Shown here piece by piece: positions 35,744 through 44,605 of a DNA stretch of 46,555 bases. Positions within the stretch are counted from its first letter, which is position 1; every line of letters starts with the position of its first letter. Source of the stretch: Pseudomonas sp. (GTDB lineage Bacteria > Pseudomonadota > Gammaproteobacteria > Pseudomonadales > Pseudomonadaceae); assembly GCA_007117785.1 (NCBI GenBank), contig SKFV01000142.1, positions 1-46,555 of the forward strand, read 5' to 3'. A program made the position numbers and the translations under genes. Under the pieces are notes generated by a model. The model did not search any database and was not told where the DNA came from. It saw only the letters and a program-made list of their open reading frames with translations.

Positions 35744-36722
35744 GTACCTTGCCGCGGAACACCCAATAGGTCCAGGCGGTATAGGTCAGCACGATAGGGA
35801 TCACGAACAGTACCCCGAGGAGCAGGAAAAGCTGTGACTCCGGCGCGGACGCAGCATCCCAGAGAGTGTGGTTCGGTGGTACGACATAGGGCCACTTGGT
35901 GAACAGCAGACCCAGATAGGTAAAGGCGAACAGCCCGAGTGTGGCCACAAATGGCATGGCTTCCTGTTGCTTGCGCAGACTACGGAAGATCAGCCAGGCG
36001 CAGAGGCCAGCAAGGACCGGGAAAATCCAGATAACGCGAACAGCCGAGAACCAGCGTTCGTAGGCATAGGCGTCAACGGTTGGCGTCCACAGGCTGATAA
36101 TGACAAAGACACAGAGCACCGCTGCCAGCAGGCGTGGCGCCAGTTGGCGGGCCCAGGCCTGAATATAGCCCTCGGTTTTCAGGATCAGCCAGTTGCAGCC
36201 CAGCAGCGCGTAGCCGGCCAGCAGACCCAGTCCGGTGAGTACGCTGAAAGGGGTCAACCAGTCCAACGGTCCGCCGACAAACACTTTACCCTCAGTGGCA
36301 AAGCCCTGGATGTAGGCGCCAACCACGGCGCCCTGGGCAAAGGCGGCAACAATCGACCCACCGGCAAAGGCCCAGTTCCACAGGTAGCGTGAACTGCGCG
36401 CCTTGAAGCGGAATTCGAAGGCCACGCCACGGAAGATCAGTCCGGCCAACAGCAAGAATACGCCGATATACAGGGCCGGCAGCAACACCGAATACACCAG
36501 CGGGAAGGCGCCCAGCAGCCCGGCACCACCCAGCACCAGCCAGGTTTCGTTACCATCCCATACCGGTGCTACCGAGTTCATCATCACATCGCGTGCCGGC
36601 TCGTCTGGAGCAAAGGGAAACAGGATCCCGACACCGAGGTCGAAGCCGTCCATGAGGACATACATCATCACGCCAAAGGCGATGATGACGGCCCAGATCA
36701 ATGACAGATCAAAGGTATCCAT
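35721..36722 (-). CDS. cydB: Cytochrome bd-type ubiquinol oxidase subunit II (CioB-like)
   Basis: MDGFDLGVG, PVWDGNETWLVLGG, RGVAFEFR and YWVFRGKV motifs. Confidence 0.94.
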   Translation of the reverse strand: MDTFDLSLIWAVIIAFGVMMYVLMDGFDLGVGILFPFAPDEPARDVMMNSVAPVWDGNETWLVLGGAGLLGAFPLVYSVLLPALYIGVFLLLAGLIFRGVAFEFRFKARSSRYLWNWAFAGGSIVAAFAQGAVVGAYIQGFATEGKVFVGGPLDWLTPFSVLTGLGLLAGYALLGCNWLILKTEGYIQAWARQLAPRLLAAVLCVFVIISLWTPTVDAYAYERWFSAVRVIWIFPVLAGLCAWLIFRSLRKQQEAMPFVATLGLFAFTYLGLLFTKWPYVVPPNHTLWDAASAPESQLFLLLGVLFVIPIVLTYTAWTYWVFRGKVRVGEGYH

Positions 36723-36723
36723 T

Positions 36724-38121
36724 TCAGTGCCCTCCGTGTTCAAACTGGACTTGTGTGGCTGACATGGGTCGTGCCGGTCGTTCAAATACCGCGTCGGTGC
36801 GCGTGTCGCGCTCTTCCATACCGTCCTGCAGTACTCGCATCAGGTAATAGACGCCGGCACTGAATACCATGGCATAGACGGTGATATAGCCGATCAGGCT
36901 GAACAGCGCCATGCCACCGGTCAGTGAGGGTGTCAGCCCTTCAGCATGAGTCATGATGCCCTGAATCAGCCAGGGTGCCCGGCCCACTTCAGTGACAACC
37001 CAGCCTGCCAGTACCGCGATAAAAGGCGTGATACTCATTACCCGCAGGGTCTGCAGGAACCAGGAAGCCTGCCAATAGCGACCACCACGACGCAGCACCA
37101 CCCCGGCTACGCCGACCGCAATCATCACCAGGCCAATACCGACCATGACACGGAAGGCCCAGAACACAATCCACACGGGAGGTTGCTCCTCGATAGCGAC
37201 ATCGGTCACGCCGGGTACTTCGCCGTTCCAGTCATGGGTGAGAATAAAACTGGCCAGCTTGGGAATACCGATTTCAAAGCGGTTGGCCTGGGCTTCCTGG
37301 TCCGGCCAGGCAAACAGCAACAGCGGAACGCCTTCGGCGCGCTCCCAGTTACCCTCCATGGCGGCGACCTTGATTGGCTGATGCTCGAGGGTATTCAGTC
37401 CATGGAAGTCACCGACCACGGCTTGCACCGGCGCCAGCAGCAGAATCATCCACAGGCTGACTGACAGCGCCTTGCGATTGGCTTCGACTTCACGCTTGCG
37501 CAACAGGTACCAGGCACTGACACCGGCAACAACAAAGGCACCGGTGAGGAAAGATGCCAGGCCCATATGGGCAAAGCGGTAGTAGAACGAGGGGTTGAAC
37601 AGCGCCTGAGACCAGGAAGTGACATGAATGATGCCGTCCTGCAATTCGGTACCGACCGGTGTTTGCATCCAGCTGTTGGCCGACAGGATCCAGAAGGACG
37701 AGATAAAGGTACCCAGTGCCACCATGCAGGCAGCAAACAGGTGAACACCCGGTGGTACCTTGTCACGACCAAAGAGCAAGACACCCAGGAAGGCAGCTTC
37801 AAGGAAGAAGGCGGTGACCACCTCATAGCTCAGAACTGGTCCGAGGAAGTTGGCAGCCGCATAGGAGAAATTGCTCCAATTGGTGCCGAACTGGAAGGAC
37901 ATGACAATACCGGATACCACACCCATGCCGAAGACGACGGCAAACACCTGAGTCCAGAATTTGGACAGCCTTACCCATAGCGGGTTGGCTGTCTTGAAGT
38001 ACATACCCTCCAGAAAGGCGATAAAGGAGGCCAGCCCGATAGTAAATACCGGGAAAATGGCATGGAAGCAGACCACAAAGGCAAACTGCAGGCGCGAGAG
38101 AAAGAGCGGATCTAACTCCAT
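36724..38121 (-). CDS. cydA: Cytochrome bd-type ubiquinol oxidase subunit I (short Q-loop, CioA-like)
   Basis: SRLQFA..FHAIF, FQFGTNW, AFFLEA.F, ANSWMQTP, QPIKVAAMEG, FRVMVG and TEVGRAPW motifs; 465 aa; RBS AGGAG. Confidence 0.94.
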   Translation of the reverse strand: MELDPLFLSRLQFAFVVCFHAIFPVFTIGLASFIAFLEGMYFKTANPLWVRLSKFWTQVFAVVFGMGVVSGIVMSFQFGTNWSNFSYAAANFLGPVLSYEVVTAFFLEAAFLGVLLFGRDKVPPGVHLFAACMVALGTFISSFWILSANSWMQTPVGTELQDGIIHVTSWSQALFNPSFYYRFAHMGLASFLTGAFVVAGVSAWYLLRKREVEANRKALSVSLWMILLLAPVQAVVGDFHGLNTLEHQPIKVAAMEGNWERAEGVPLLLFAWPDQEAQANRFEIGIPKLASFILTHDWNGEVPGVTDVAIEEQPPVWIVFWAFRVMVGIGLVMIAVGVAGVVLRRGGRYWQASWFLQTLRVMSITPFIAVLAGWVVTEVGRAPWLIQGIMTHAEGLTPSLTGGMALFSLIGYITVYAMVFSAGVYYLMRVLQDGMEERDTRTDAVFERPARPMSATQVQFEHGGH

Positions 38122-38262
38122 GTTGACAACTCCTGTGGTTGTAACATTGGTAGTAAATGGCGGTGGCAGGGCGTAAGCCAGCATCGCCATCTGAACAATC
38201 CACAGTGTAGTCTTTTATACCGCCATGGGTATGTGGTCAGATGACGCACAAGCCTTGTCTGG

Positions 38263-39234
38263 TTATCCCGCCAGGTGCAACCCCAACCAGCCCAGATAAG
38301 CGACATAGACCAGCAGCAGGCAGCCGCCTTCCACCCGGTTGATGCGCCCGCCGCGCCCACGTCGACTGAGGGCAAACATCAGCAACGCTGCGGTCAGGGC
38401 AAACATCAGTACCCAGTCACGTTGCAGTACTTCGGGCTCCACCGACAGTGGGCTGATGGCCGCTGCGAGGCCGACCACGGCCAGGGTATTGAACAGCCCC
38501 GAGCCGATGATATTGCCCAGCACCAGGTCGTGTTCGTTCTTGCGCACTGCGGCGATGGCGGCGGCCAGTTCGGGCAGGGAGGTGCCGATGGCAACAATGG
38601 TCAGGCCGATAATCAGCTCGCTGACGCCGAGTGCGGTGGCGATTTCCACTGCTCCCCAGACCAGCATGCGCGAGCTGGCGACCAGCAACAGCAAGCCGAT
38701 CACCAACCAGGCAACCGCTTTGCCCAACGGCATCGGGTGGGCTTGCAGGGTGCTGTCGACTTCACCGATCAACACATCATCTCGGCCGCGGATGCCCTGC
38801 ACGATGGACCAGCCAAACAGGGCAAAGAAGGCCAGCAGCAAAATACCGGCATCCAGCCGGCTGAGCTGGCCATTGAGCAGCAGCGCGCCTGATAGCAGGG
38901 TAATGCCGAGCAGTATGGGCAGTTCCTTGCGCACGATCTGCGAGTGCAAGGCAATCGGGCTGAGCAGGGCCACCAGGCCGATGACCAGACCGATATTGGC
39001 GATATTGGAGCCATAGGCGTTGCCCAGCGCCAGGCTGGGGTTGCCCTGCAAGGCGGCCAGCGCCGAGACCATCAGCTCCGGGGCCGAGGTACCAAAGCCG
39101 ATGATCAGCATGCCGATCAGCAGGCTGGGCACACCCAGATGCTTTGCCGCGGCCGAGGCGCCGTCGATAAAACGATCGGCACTCCAGAACAGAACGATCA
39201 AACCCAGTATCAGGGCCAGCAGGGCAAGCAGCAT
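38263..39234 (-). CDS. Calcium/sodium antiporter (CaCA family, YrbG-like)
   Basis: Two alpha repeats: GTSAPEL..GNAYGSNIAN and GTSLPEL..GNIIGSGLFN. Confidence 0.92.
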   Translation of the reverse strand: MLLALLALILGLIVLFWSADRFIDGASAAAKHLGVPSLLIGMLIIGFGTSAPELMVSALAALQGNPSLALGNAYGSNIANIGLVIGLVALLSPIALHSQIVRKELPILLGITLLSGALLLNGQLSRLDAGILLLAFFALFGWSIVQGIRGRDDVLIGEVDSTLQAHPMPLGKAVAWLVIGLLLLVASSRMLVWGAVEIATALGVSELIIGLTIVAIGTSLPELAAAIAAVRKNEHDLVLGNIIGSGLFNTLAVVGLAAAISPLSVEPEVLQRDWVLMFALTAALLMFALSRRGRGGRINRVEGGCLLLVYVAYLGWLGLHLAG

Positions 39235-39305
39235 GAGGTGTCTCGATCAGCAGGAAATCAGGCGGCCATTATCAGTGAAAGCAGGCTCCGGCAACAGGGG
39301 GTGCA

Positions 39306-41654
39306 TCAGTTATCGAGCTGCTGCAGCAAGCGTTGAGCAGCCGTATGCTGCGGCCATTGCTGCAACAGCTGCTCGGCGTAGTCGCGCGCTGCTGCGCCCT
39401 GGCCGTGGCGGGCACTGAAACTGGCTGCGGCCCAGAGCAAGTCGGGGTCATAGGGGCTGTATTGCAGCCCGTGCGCGAGCAGCTCCAGGGCGCGTTGCGG
39501 GTCGCTGGGTTCGGTGGCGACTGCCAGCACATAGGCCATGCGTGGGTCATCCGGGCGCAAGCTGAACGCTTGCTGCAGATGGGCCAGGGCACTGTCCGTT
39601 TGCTGCTGGCGCACCAGGCTGAGCCCCAGGGCGTAATGCAGTAAGCCATCATCCGGGTTGAGCGTCAGGCCCTCTTGCAGCAGGCGTTGGGCGGCTGCTT
39701 CACGGCCTTGGGCACGCAACAGGTCGGCCAGATTGAGGCGGCTGGCACTGTGTTGCTCGTCGCGTGTCAGCGCCTGATCCCAGAGGCTTTCCGCTTCACC
39801 GGCACGGCCCTGGTTGAGGCGCAACAGGGCTGACTGGTTGAGCGCATCGGCGCGGTCGGCATTCAGCGCCAGCTCGGCCTCGAAATCAGCCAGGGCGCGG
39901 GCAAAGTCATCGGCATAGGGCGCGGGAACCGGGCTGCCGGACAGCAGCCGGGCAGCAGCGCTGCGCAGGCTGCGCTCAGTGTCGCGCAGCAGCGGCAACA
40001 GCGCCTGACGCTGATCGGGGCTGACCCGTTCAAAGGCCTGCAGGCTGCCCAGGCGCACCAGTGGGTCGCTGTCGGCCAGGCCGGCGCGCAAGGTGTCGAT
40101 GCTCTGCGCATCGGGGTCGAGCCGGGTAGCGGCACTGCCACGGATAATCGCCGGTTGCTCGTCGGCCGCCAGCAGCTCGGCCAGGGCCTGTTGCACGTCC
40201 ATTGCCCCGTGGCGTTGACCGGCATCGGCGGCGGCGAAGACATCGGCAAAATGCGCGTCTTGCCAGCGGCCGTCGGGATACCAGTCGGCGACGGCGTCCG
40301 CCGCCCAGCTATGGGTCTGATCCTGATGGCAACTGACACAGGCGTTGGGGGTATCCAGACGCAGCGAGCGGTGCGGGTCGGGAATGCCGAACTGATGATC
40401 GCGGCGCGGGTCGACGACCATATAGGTGGTCTGCGGCATGTGGCAGTTGACGCACTTGGCTCCGCTACTGCCGGCGGGATGGAAGTGGTGACTGGGCTGG
40501 TCGAAATGCCCGGCATTGTGGCAGCTGGCGCACAGGGTATTGCCGTCGGCGCGCAGTTGCTGGCTGTGTGGTTCGTGGCAGTCGCTACAGGTAACACCCG
40601 CGGCGTGCATCTTGCTCTGGGCAAAGGAGGCGCTGATAAACACCTCTTCGCGCTGTTGGCCGTCCGGGTAATACAGGGGATCGGTCAGCAGTGCAGGACG
40701 GTAATGATCGAAAAAACTGTTGCCGGCCTGAAAGCCCTCGCTGACCTGGCTGCGCAGTGAATGGCACTGGGCGCAGAGCATCTGCTCCTTATGCACCGCC
40801 GTGGGTTGGCTCGGGCTGGCGGTCACGGCTTCGAGCTGGAAATACCAGTCCAGCCCCTGGCGCTGGTCCAGTTGCAGGGTCAGGCCATAGGCCTCCAGTT
40901 CATCGGCACCAGCGGCCCAACGCAGGTGCTCGCTGCCGGGACCGTGGCAGGCTTCACAGCCCACGCCCAGTTCCGCCCAGCTGGGCTGGAAGCTGTCGCT
41001 GGCCGCGTCATAACCCTTGCGGTAGTCGGTCACGTGGCAGTCGGCGCACATGAAATTCCAGTTCTGGCTGGGTCGGGTCCAGTGCAGTGGGTCTGCATGG
41101 GTCACGGCTTCATCCGGGTAGATATGCAACCAGCCTTGACCGCCCTGCTCTGCCGGTCGGGAATCCCAGGCCACGGACAGCGCCTGCAGGCGGCCGTCGC
41201 CCAGATCCAGCAGGTATTGCTGCAGGGGATCAACCCCGAAAGTGTATTGCACCGGATAGTCCTGCAGCTGCCCATCCGGGCCATCGGTGCGCACAATAAA
41301 GTCATCACCGCTACGGGAAAACTGCGTGGTAACGCCCTGGTAGTCGAACGCGGTGGCGGCAAAGTCGCCCACTACCGTGGCCGGGCTGGCGGGTGTCATT
41401 GCCTTGGCATGCTGGGAGGTCTGCCAATGGTCGAAGGCGGTCTGGTGGCATTCAACACATACCTGGCTGCCGACAAAGCTGGCCACGGCGGGCGCTGCTG
41501 TGTAAGGGCTTGGTAGTGCTGGCTGACGGCTGTCTAACGGACCGACCGGGCCGACGGGCACCGCTTGCTGGCCGGCAGACCAATACAGCACCAGCGCCAG
41601 ACAGAGCAGGGCCAGCGCCGGAAGCAACCATAAATAACGCAGCCGTTGAGCCAT
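39306..41654 (-). CDS. Exported octaheme cytochrome c with C-terminal HEAT/TPR region
   Basis: Eight CxxCH motifs (CVECH, CADCH, CEACH, CAQCH, CSDCH, CASCH, CVNCH, CVSCH); N-terminal hydrophobic anchor; HEAT-like LADSDPLVR; TPR-like LHYALGLSLVRQ and SRLNLADLLRAQG. Confidence 0.88.
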   Translation of the reverse strand: MAQRLRYLWLLPALALLCLALVLYWSAGQQAVPVGPVGPLDSRQPALPSPYTAAPAVASFVGSQVCVECHQTAFDHWQTSQHAKAMTPASPATVVGDFAATAFDYQGVTTQFSRSGDDFIVRTDGPDGQLQDYPVQYTFGVDPLQQYLLDLGDGRLQALSVAWDSRPAEQGGQGWLHIYPDEAVTHADPLHWTRPSQNWNFMCADCHVTDYRKGYDAASDSFQPSWAELGVGCEACHGPGSEHLRWAAGADELEAYGLTLQLDQRQGLDWYFQLEAVTASPSQPTAVHKEQMLCAQCHSLRSQVSEGFQAGNSFFDHYRPALLTDPLYYPDGQQREEVFISASFAQSKMHAAGVTCSDCHEPHSQQLRADGNTLCASCHNAGHFDQPSHHFHPAGSSGAKCVNCHMPQTTYMVVDPRRDHQFGIPDPHRSLRLDTPNACVSCHQDQTHSWAADAVADWYPDGRWQDAHFADVFAAADAGQRHGAMDVQQALAELLAADEQPAIIRGSAATRLDPDAQSIDTLRAGLADSDPLVRLGSLQAFERVSPDQRQALLPLLRDTERSLRSAAARLLSGSPVPAPYADDFARALADFEAELALNADRADALNQSALLRLNQGRAGEAESLWDQALTRDEQHSASRLNLADLLRAQGREAAAQRLLQEGLTLNPDDGLLHYALGLSLVRQQQTDSALAHLQQAFSLRPDDPRMAYVLAVATEPSDPQRALELLAHGLQYSPYDPDLLWAAASFSARHGQGAAARDYAEQLLQQWPQHTAAQRLLQQLDN

Positions 41655-41777
41655 GAGTCAGTGCCGGGTTGTTGTTATGGGTTATGGCTGCATGCTGAGC
41701 CCTGGGCGCAATCACGTCCAGCTTGTTGGCAATAAAGCTGCGCAGGCGGGCAAGGCCTGCGCGGGGGGATAAAATAC

Positions 41778-43475
41778 TCAGGCCTTGGCGTTTTGCTTGC
41801 TGGCCTCACGCTCGGCCTCTACCAACTCCTTCTTCGACAGCTTGCCGACTGGGGTTTTCGGCAGCTCGGCGCGGATTTCCATGGCTGCCAGGCGTTCATG
41901 CTTGCCCAAGCGCGGCTCCAGGAAGGCTTGCAGGCTGGCAAAGTCCGGTGCGTCAGCGCCGCTCTTGAGCTTGATAAAGGCTTTGGGTGCCTGGCCCCGA
42001 TAGGGGTCATCAATACCGATCACGGAGACTTCTTCCACCGCCGGATGTTCGTAGATGGCTTCCTCGATCACCCGCGGGTAGACGTTGTAGCCACTGCACA
42101 GAATCATGTCCTTGGTGCGGTCGACCAGATAGACCCAGCCTTCGTCATTCATATAGGCAACATCCCCGGTGCGCAGGAAGCCGTCGCTGGTCATTGCCTC
42201 GGCGGTGGCATCCTCGCGCTGCCAGTAGCCCCGGGTAATGTTGGGCCCGCTGATGCAGAGTTCGCCGCGTTCGCCGGCGGGCATTTCCTGTTCACTGTCA
42301 TCCAGCGCCAGGATCTTGATTCGGCAGCCGGGCACTGGCAGGCCGCAGGAACCGGGGTGTGGCTCGGCGGCTACCGGAGTAAAGGTGCCGGTGGTGGTGG
42401 TTTCGGTCATGCCCCAGCCTTCGCGCAGGGCGCAGCCGGCCAGCTCCTGATAGCGCTGCTGCACATCCAATGGCAGGGGCGCGCCACCGGAGTTGCACAT
42501 TTTCAGCGAAGTCAGATCCAGTTCGGCGGTCAGCGGGTGCGCGGCGAGGCCAATGAACATGGTCGGAACACCGGGGAAGCTGTTAATGCGCTGGTCACTG
42601 ATCAGGCGCAGCACGGTCTCGGCATCAAAACGCGGCTGCAGAAAGATTTCCGCACCCAGGTGCAGGCTGAATACCATATTGATCATCAGTGCATAGATAT
42701 GAAATGGAGGAAGTACGGCCAGCACCCGCTCCTGACCAGGTTGCAGGGTGCCATCCAGCACGGCTTCCAGTTGTGCGCAGGAACTGCTGATATTGCCATG
42801 GGTGAGCATGGCACCCTTGGGCGCGCCGGTGGTGCCGCCGGTGTATTGCAGTACCGCCAGTTGGCTGGCCGGGTCGTCAATCGGGTAGTCAGTAAAGGTG
42901 CCGTCGTTATCCAGCAGTTCGGCAAAGGCGCGGCACTGCGGCCCCCAGGCGACCTCGGCGGTCGGGCCAAGCTGGCCGGCATCAGCGTCACTGACCGGCC
43001 CGCTGCAAAACTCGGTGAGCGAGCCCAGCACCAGCGTCTGCAGGCGGCTGCTCTCTAGCAGGCTGGCCATTTTCGGGTAGAAGGCGGCCAGGTCCAGGGT
43101 CAGCATGATGTCCGTCTGACTGTCTTCAATCTTGTGCGCCAGGGTGCGCTCGGCATCCAGCGGTGAATAGTTGACCACGGTGCCGCCGGCACGCAGCACG
43201 GCAAAGAAGCCGATGAAGTAATGCGGGCAGTTGGGCAGGTAGAGTCCGACGTGCACCCCCGGTTTGACGCCGAGGTCCTGCAGCCCCCGCGCAGCCCGGC
43301 TGACCAGTTGATCAAAGTCGCGGTAACTCAGGCGATGGCCGAGGAAATTGATCGCCGGTCGCTCGGCAAAGGTGGCTACCGCCTGGCTGAGCAGCTGGTT
43401 GACCGGCTTCAGCGGCAGGGGCGCATCCCAGTGGATCGTATCGGGGTAGGCAGATAGCCAGCGCATAGCGGACAT
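41778..43475 (-). CDS. Long-chain/dicarboxylate acyl-CoA ligase (FadD/PimA-like)
   Basis: QYTGGTTGAPKG, EGWGMTET, RTGDVAY, DRTKDMI..GYNVYP and LPKTPVGK motifs. Confidence 0.9.
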   Translation of the reverse strand: MSAMRWLSAYPDTIHWDAPLPLKPVNQLLSQAVATFAERPAINFLGHRLSYRDFDQLVSRAARGLQDLGVKPGVHVGLYLPNCPHYFIGFFAVLRAGGTVVNYSPLDAERTLAHKIEDSQTDIMLTLDLAAFYPKMASLLESSRLQTLVLGSLTEFCSGPVSDADAGQLGPTAEVAWGPQCRAFAELLDNDGTFTDYPIDDPASQLAVLQYTGGTTGAPKGAMLTHGNISSSCAQLEAVLDGTLQPGQERVLAVLPPFHIYALMINMVFSLHLGAEIFLQPRFDAETVLRLISDQRINSFPGVPTMFIGLAAHPLTAELDLTSLKMCNSGGAPLPLDVQQRYQELAGCALREGWGMTETTTTGTFTPVAAEPHPGSCGLPVPGCRIKILALDDSEQEMPAGERGELCISGPNITRGYWQREDATAEAMTSDGFLRTGDVAYMNDEGWVYLVDRTKDMILCSGYNVYPRVIEEAIYEHPAVEEVSVIGIDDPYRGQAPKAFIKLKSGADAPDFASLQAFLEPRLGKHERLAAMEIRAELPKTPVGKLSKKELVEAEREASKQNAKA

Positions 43476-43575
43476 AGAGCATCTCCAGGGGTGTTGTTAT
43501 CTTTATATAGAGCCTGAAAATAGCGCGCCGCCGGCTTGCCGAGAAGGCATATCCACGCGGCATATGGTGGGCTAT

Positions 43576-43593
43576 AGCGCAACTTGTTGCGCT
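43576..43593. promoter_or_regulatory. 18-bp palindrome upstream of the acyl-CoA ligase gene
   Basis: AGCGCAAC-tt-GTTGCGCT, 100 nt upstream of the start codon. Confidence 0.45.
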
Positions 43594-43669
43594 GTGAGGT
43601 CAGTTTGCCGGGCTTACTCCGGCTTGAGCGGACTTACTGTAAGCAGCAATGCACTATGTCAGCGAAAGG

Positions 43670-44107
43670 TTAGCGAGCGAGCGTATCTGAAGGCAATTCG
43701 CCAAAACGTTTTTTGTAGGCATGAGTGAAGTGACTGGGTTGGTTAAAGCCGAGGTGCTTGGCCAGCACCGCTAGTTGTATTTCACCAGGCTGGGCTTGGC
43801 GCAGGCTTTCGTGGGCCGCGTGGAGACGGTAATGCAATATATAGCGCATTGGGCTGGTTTGCAGGTTGAGCCGGAAGGCCTGCTCCAGGCTGCGTCGACT
43901 GGCGCCACTGACCTTGACCAGCTCATCCATGCTCAATGTTTGCCCGAGGTTGGTCTTAATATAGTGCAAAGTGCGCTTGAGCAGCCCTGGCAATACTCGT
44001 CTTGGCGACAGGTTGTCGTGGTTGTCTTGAACGGCATGGTCGTGCTTCTGCAGGCTGAGCAAGGCCTGGCTGCAAAGGGGGAGTTGCAGCACTTGGGGTT
44101 GGGTCAT
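43670..44107 (-). CDS. Short AraC-family protein (essentially the double HTH only)
   Basis: LSMDELVKVSGASRRSLEQAF..SPMRY...RL..A..L...GFNQPSHFTHAYKKRFGELPSDTL; 145 aa, with about 40 aa before the HTH. Confidence 0.8.
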   Translation of the reverse strand: MTQPQVLQLPLCSQALLSLQKHDHAVQDNHDNLSPRRVLPGLLKRTLHYIKTNLGQTLSMDELVKVSGASRRSLEQAFRLNLQTSPMRYILHYRLHAAHESLRQAQPGEIQLAVLAKHLGFNQPSHFTHAYKKRFGELPSDTLAR

Positions 44108-44147
44108 GTTAAATTCCCGGGTGCTCCTTGTTATCGAGAGAATGGAG

Positions 44148-44585
44148 CTATGGGGTCTGGTCAGCAAGACCGATAGCCTGCAAGCCGGCTAGGGCACAGG
44201 CTTCATCTTCGGCTTCCGAGCCACCTGAGACGCCGATACCGCCAATGCACTGGCCATCAGCTTTGATAGGTAGCCCGCCACCGAATACCACCAGACGTTC
44301 TCGCGGCGGAAAGCCCAGGCGCATGGCCGGGTTGGCATCAAGAATCCCTAGCCAGGCGCTGGTGGCAAAGCCGAAACCGGCAGCGGTATAGGCCTTGTCG
44401 CGGGCGATGCTGGCAGAGTGCAGGAAGGCATCGGTCATGCCCAGGTAGGCAAGTTCCAGACCGGCGCGATCCACCACGCTGACGTGAATGCGGATACCCA
44501 GTTGCTCGGCATGCGCGGTTGCGGCAAGAGCTGCCTGGTGGGCGGCTTGCCAGTGCAGGTTGGCTTGGGTGACGGTAACACTCAT
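44148..44585 (-). CDS. GlcG/HbpS-like heme-binding protein (DUF336; NahX/CmpX-like)
   Basis: VSVVDRAG, IARDKAYTA, FGGGLPI and GGIGVSGGS..ED motifs; lies at the end of a meta-cleavage operon. Confidence 0.88.
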   Translation of the reverse strand: MSVTVTQANLHWQAAHQAALAATAHAEQLGIRIHVSVVDRAGLELAYLGMTDAFLHSASIARDKAYTAAGFGFATSAWLGILDANPAMRLGFPPRERLVVFGGGLPIKADGQCIGGIGVSGGSEAEDEACALAGLQAIGLADQTP

Positions 44586-44605
44586 GGGGTTCTCCTTGAG
44601 GCTGT

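Noticed and set aside
41793-43058. 421-aa plus-strand ORF
   Set aside because: Antisense shadow of the acyl-CoA ligase gene.
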